Below, one piece after another: positions 60,520 through 64,000 of a stretch of 64,000 nucleotides of DNA (its first letter is position 1; every line of letters starts with the position of its first letter). Origin of the DNA: Squalus acanthias (taxonomy: Eukaryota); assembly GCA_030390025.1 (NCBI GenBank), contig CM059432.1, forward strand, positions 128,900,001 through 128,964,000. The letters are read 5' to 3'. A model generated the notes under the pieces. It ran no database searches. It was not told the DNA's origin and saw nothing but the letters and a program-made list of their open reading frames with translations. The position numbers and the translations under genes were made by a program.

Positions 60520-60870
60520 TATCATGCCCTCAAAGTGCACAGAGTGTGTTCATTGTTCTTGTGTAGACAAAGGGAGCAGCTAATTTGTACACAGCAAGGT
60601 CCCACAAACAGCAGATGAGATGAATAGCCAGTTAATCTGTTTTGGTGGTGTTGGTTCAGGGATGAATATTGACCGAGACACTGGTAGAACCCTCTACATT
60701 TCTTTGAATAGTGGCATGCGATCTTTAATATCCATGTAAGCAGCAAGATGGAGCCTTGGTTTAATATCCATTCAAAAGATGGCACCTCTGACAATGCTGC
60801 AGTCCCTCAGTACTGCACTGAAGTGCCAGCTTAGATTATGTATTAAAATTTTCCAGTGGAGCTTGAAACA
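60520..60870 (-). mobile_element. DeuSINE, degraded
   Basis: CACAGCAAGGTCCCACAAACAGC...GGCACCTCTGACAATGCTGCAGTCCCTCAGTACTGCACTG. Confidence 0.75.
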
Positions 60871-61208
60871 TGTTTTCCCATCACTTATAAATGTTGCCGC
60901 ATTAACCTGCTGGATTGAGATCAGTATCCAGTTTTAACATCAAATACAAATGTTTAATGGATTGACAAACCAACATTGAATGTATGATACATAGAATAGT
61001 AGGACATAGATTTTTGCACATTATTCTCCATATAGCAAGCTTTTGATCCCAGTTGTAGAATTAAGAGGCGGTATGAGTGCAAGCCATCAGCTTTCCAATG
61101 GGATAAAGGGAAAAGTGAGCGGTGAGCCACTCTGGACCTCTCCTGCATACCTTTGAGTTGTTGGTTAGGGAGCAGGTCACCTGACAGCTCCCTTGGATAA
61201 GAAATAAT

Positions 61209-61375
61209 GGGGACAATTTTCAACATTGGCAGAGGCGGAAAACTGGCGGGAGTGGATCGGTCGCCCAATATACACCCCACCCGATTGGAATGGAAAAGAA
61301 AATCAGGTGGGGTATATAACGTGTAGCCGATCTGGTACCACCAGTTTCCGCCCCTTTCTGAAGTTGATTAAGCTC
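61209..61375. repeat. Short palindromic MITE (fold-back)
   Basis: GGCGGAAAACTGG...ATATACACCCCACCCGATT / AATCAGGTGGGGTATATA...CCAGTTTCCGCC. Confidence 0.7.
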
Positions 61376-62479
61376 AACACATCTGACGGGGGGCTTAAAG
61401 AAAGGAAGACAAACACTATAAAATTTGCACCTCCCAGCTACTGCTTCCTTGTCTATCAGTCAGTTTTCAATTAATTGCTCGAACCTTGCCTCGGTAGTAT
61501 TTCTCTATTACCACTTCAAGCAATAAGTGAGCGATACCCAAGCACAAAAACAGACTCGAGAGGTAAACGTTTATGAGCAACAGAGACAAATTCATATATA
61601 AAATCTAAATTGAAGCAAAATGTCTGCAAGTTAGTAGTTAGAAATGAAACGTGATTATTGATTTCAGAAATAGGATTCTGCCCTAGAAACTGTGCGAAAG
61701 TGAACTAAAAAATATATTGAACATGTCTGCCTGTAAGATACTGATGACAAAAAGGAATTCATGAGTGATCCTTTTACTACTCAAAGAAAGATGAAATGCA
61801 GGCATTAAAATCATTTTATTATTGTTTGTGGAGGATCACCCAGCACATTATTTTCCCCAATTCATGCACTTTCACACCAAGAGATTCTCCCTCATATCCC
61901 TGATATCCCCTATTTAAAAGTGATTTACTGGGGCTTGAATCCATCCCTCAATAGCAGACGTTGTTTTGGTTCTATTGACCATTGTCCCCTGTATTACATT
62001 CCTTGCATCATCTGTTCTTGCAAACATTTGCTGGGAGGTGCAAAACCTATCCATGGATGGCACTCGAAGACTACCATATGTGAACGGACTGGCAATCCAT
62101 TGGAAGTTTTCAGCTGAGCAACAGGAAATGCCGTTGAGTTTTGTTCAGCAGAATATGTTACAACTCCAGGCCAGCTGGCAGTGTCGAAATCCCTTGTGGT
62201 ATTCCTCACTGCTTCGTTTGTTGTACAAGTTCCAATAACACATGGACTTTGCAATAAAGTTACAGCTATGCTAGATAACACTACCAATAAATTCAGTGGG
62301 TAGGATTCGTGTGTGTACCTGCCCCTGAAATATTGACTGAAAAATGATCTTAAATAAACAAAAGTCATTTCTGTCTTTAACCAGCATTCTCAATCCTGAT
62401 GACAATCAGTTATTTAACAGTACTAGCAAATGTATTCGTATTTTGGTTAAGCTTTCTAAAGTATTAGAATTTCAATCAT

Positions 62480-63125
62480 CATTGACTGTTCACAACCTCA
62501 GCGTTCTGTTTGACCCCAAGCCGAGATTCTAACCCCATATCCTTTCCGTTACAAAGACTCCCTAACATCTGCCACCTCTGTCACTACCTCAGCCGACATG
62601 CTGCTGAAACCCTCATCCATGCCTTTGTCACCTCCAGACTTGACTATTCCAAGCCCTTCCTGGCCAGCCTTCCAACCTTCACCCGCCGTAAACTTCAGCT
62701 CATCCAAAACGCTGCTTTCTGTATCATATACCACATCAAGTTCCGCTCTCCCATACCACCCACCCATACAACTCAAGTTTAAGATTCTCATCCTTGTGTT
62801 TATATCCCTCTATGGACTCACTCCACCATATCTCTGTAACCTCCGCCAGCCCTGCAACCCCCCCACCCCCCCTCCACCCCCTCGATCCCCGCCAAAAATT
62901 GACCTCTTGCGCTTCCCCATCATTGGTGGTTATGCTCTGAGTCACCTAGGTCCCACTCTCTGGAATTCCCTCACTAGACCCCTCCACCTCCTACCCCTCC
63001 TTTAAGACCCTCCTTAAACCCCCCCCCTTTGAGGTCACCCCTCCTAATCTTTCCTTCCCTGGCTCTGCATCTGCTTTTTCCTTACGCCTCTGTGAAGTGC
63101 CCTGGGATGTTTTTCTATATTAAAT
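62480..63125 (+). mobile_element. L2-clade LINE 3' fragment
   Basis: AAETLIHAFVTSRLDYS...KLQLIQNAA; FKILILVF..L.GL.PPYL; tail TGTGAAGTGCCCTGGGATG. Confidence 0.85.
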
Positions 63126-63473
63126 ATTTTATATGAATATATTGTTCTAGTTATCATTAAAAATAGGAACTCTGACAGACTCAAGTTGGTTAGTTTGTAA
63201 TTTCTAGTCTTTTTAAATTAAATATATAGCACCAAATTTCTGCTTTGTCAACTTTATTTGCTTTAACAAATGTATTGAATTTTATAATAATTTTAACATA
63301 AATAAACAGGGACTGTCTAGACACTTTAACAATAATTTGGTTCTACAATGTTCTAATTGGAGCATATAACAGTTTTATTTTTGCCAAAGTATATGTAATG
63401 TTGGCCATGGGGGAAGGTACCCAGAACACTAACAATTTAAGTTTTGCAATCAGGCTTTCCCTGAGGACAATTA

Positions 63474-64000
63474 GGGGGAGAAATTCAGTATCGCCCCATT
63501 TGGGGCGCAGTTATCGGCCGGGCGCAAAGATTAGCGCCTGGCGCTAATTATCGCCTCCGACTGCAAACTTGGCTTTTATCGTCCCTGGAGGTGATTGGAG
63601 TGCTAAATCAGGCGCTTCACAACTGTCATAAGGCGCAAAGGCCGAGGAGCGAGGCGCTACCTCAGAGCGCTGGCGAAGCTCATGTGATGTCAGTCAGCAA
63701 TGGAACACAGACACAATGGCACCGGCCAATTCTTAAAGGGGAGAGTTGATCTTGCTCTCCATCCACATCCTGCTCATTGCAGCCTTGAATCTCGGCCTGG
63801 AGAGACCTGTACATCAAATCTGCCAGAAAGAACAATGGAGAGACCCAGGGAAAGAGCTCAGAGTGCAGCCCCCACAGTCTCTTCTAAATCGATACAAGGA
63901 AGGGCAAATCAAACTGAACCTGCAAAGTGCTGCTCAGTACCCAAAATTCCTTCACACAGTGTTGAATCTCTCCAGAAGTCTCTCTCTCTCTCTCTCAGAA
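63474..64000 (+). mobile_element. Harbinger-type MITE, copy 3 (runs off the window)
   Basis: TTA then GGGGGAGAAATTCAGTATCGCCCC; near-identical to 2291 and 5124 copies. Confidence 0.9.

Overview
Eukaryotic (vertebrate) genomic DNA, most likely a cartilaginous fish. That is inferred from the repeat families: DeuSINE/SacSINE1-like SINEs, CR1 with an esterase ORF1, Neptune-type Penelope and RTE. No intact host protein-coding gene, rRNA, genuine tRNA gene or CRISPR array could be supported. The window is dominated by nested transposable elements. (1) A ~13-kb Ty3/Gypsy provirus (4834-17802, short LTRs, CCTCC TSD) sits in a Harbinger Myb-like gene and itself holds a Harbinger MITE, a Penelope end, a near-full-length CR1, an RTE and a solo LTR containing an inverted Penelope. 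(2) A single-ORF CR1-group LINE with a tRNA-derived Pol III head (18566-22244, minus) is inserted as one unit into a DeuSINE; this is the most unusual object. (3) Several PIF/Harbinger transposons and MITEs. (4) Penelope-like elements carrying five minimal hammerhead ribozyme motifs. (5) A histone H2B pseudogene split in three by a LINE and two solo LTRs. (6) Many DeuSINEs, a 41-bp minisatellite and small palindromic MITEs. Family names come from motif recognition only; no database search was run.
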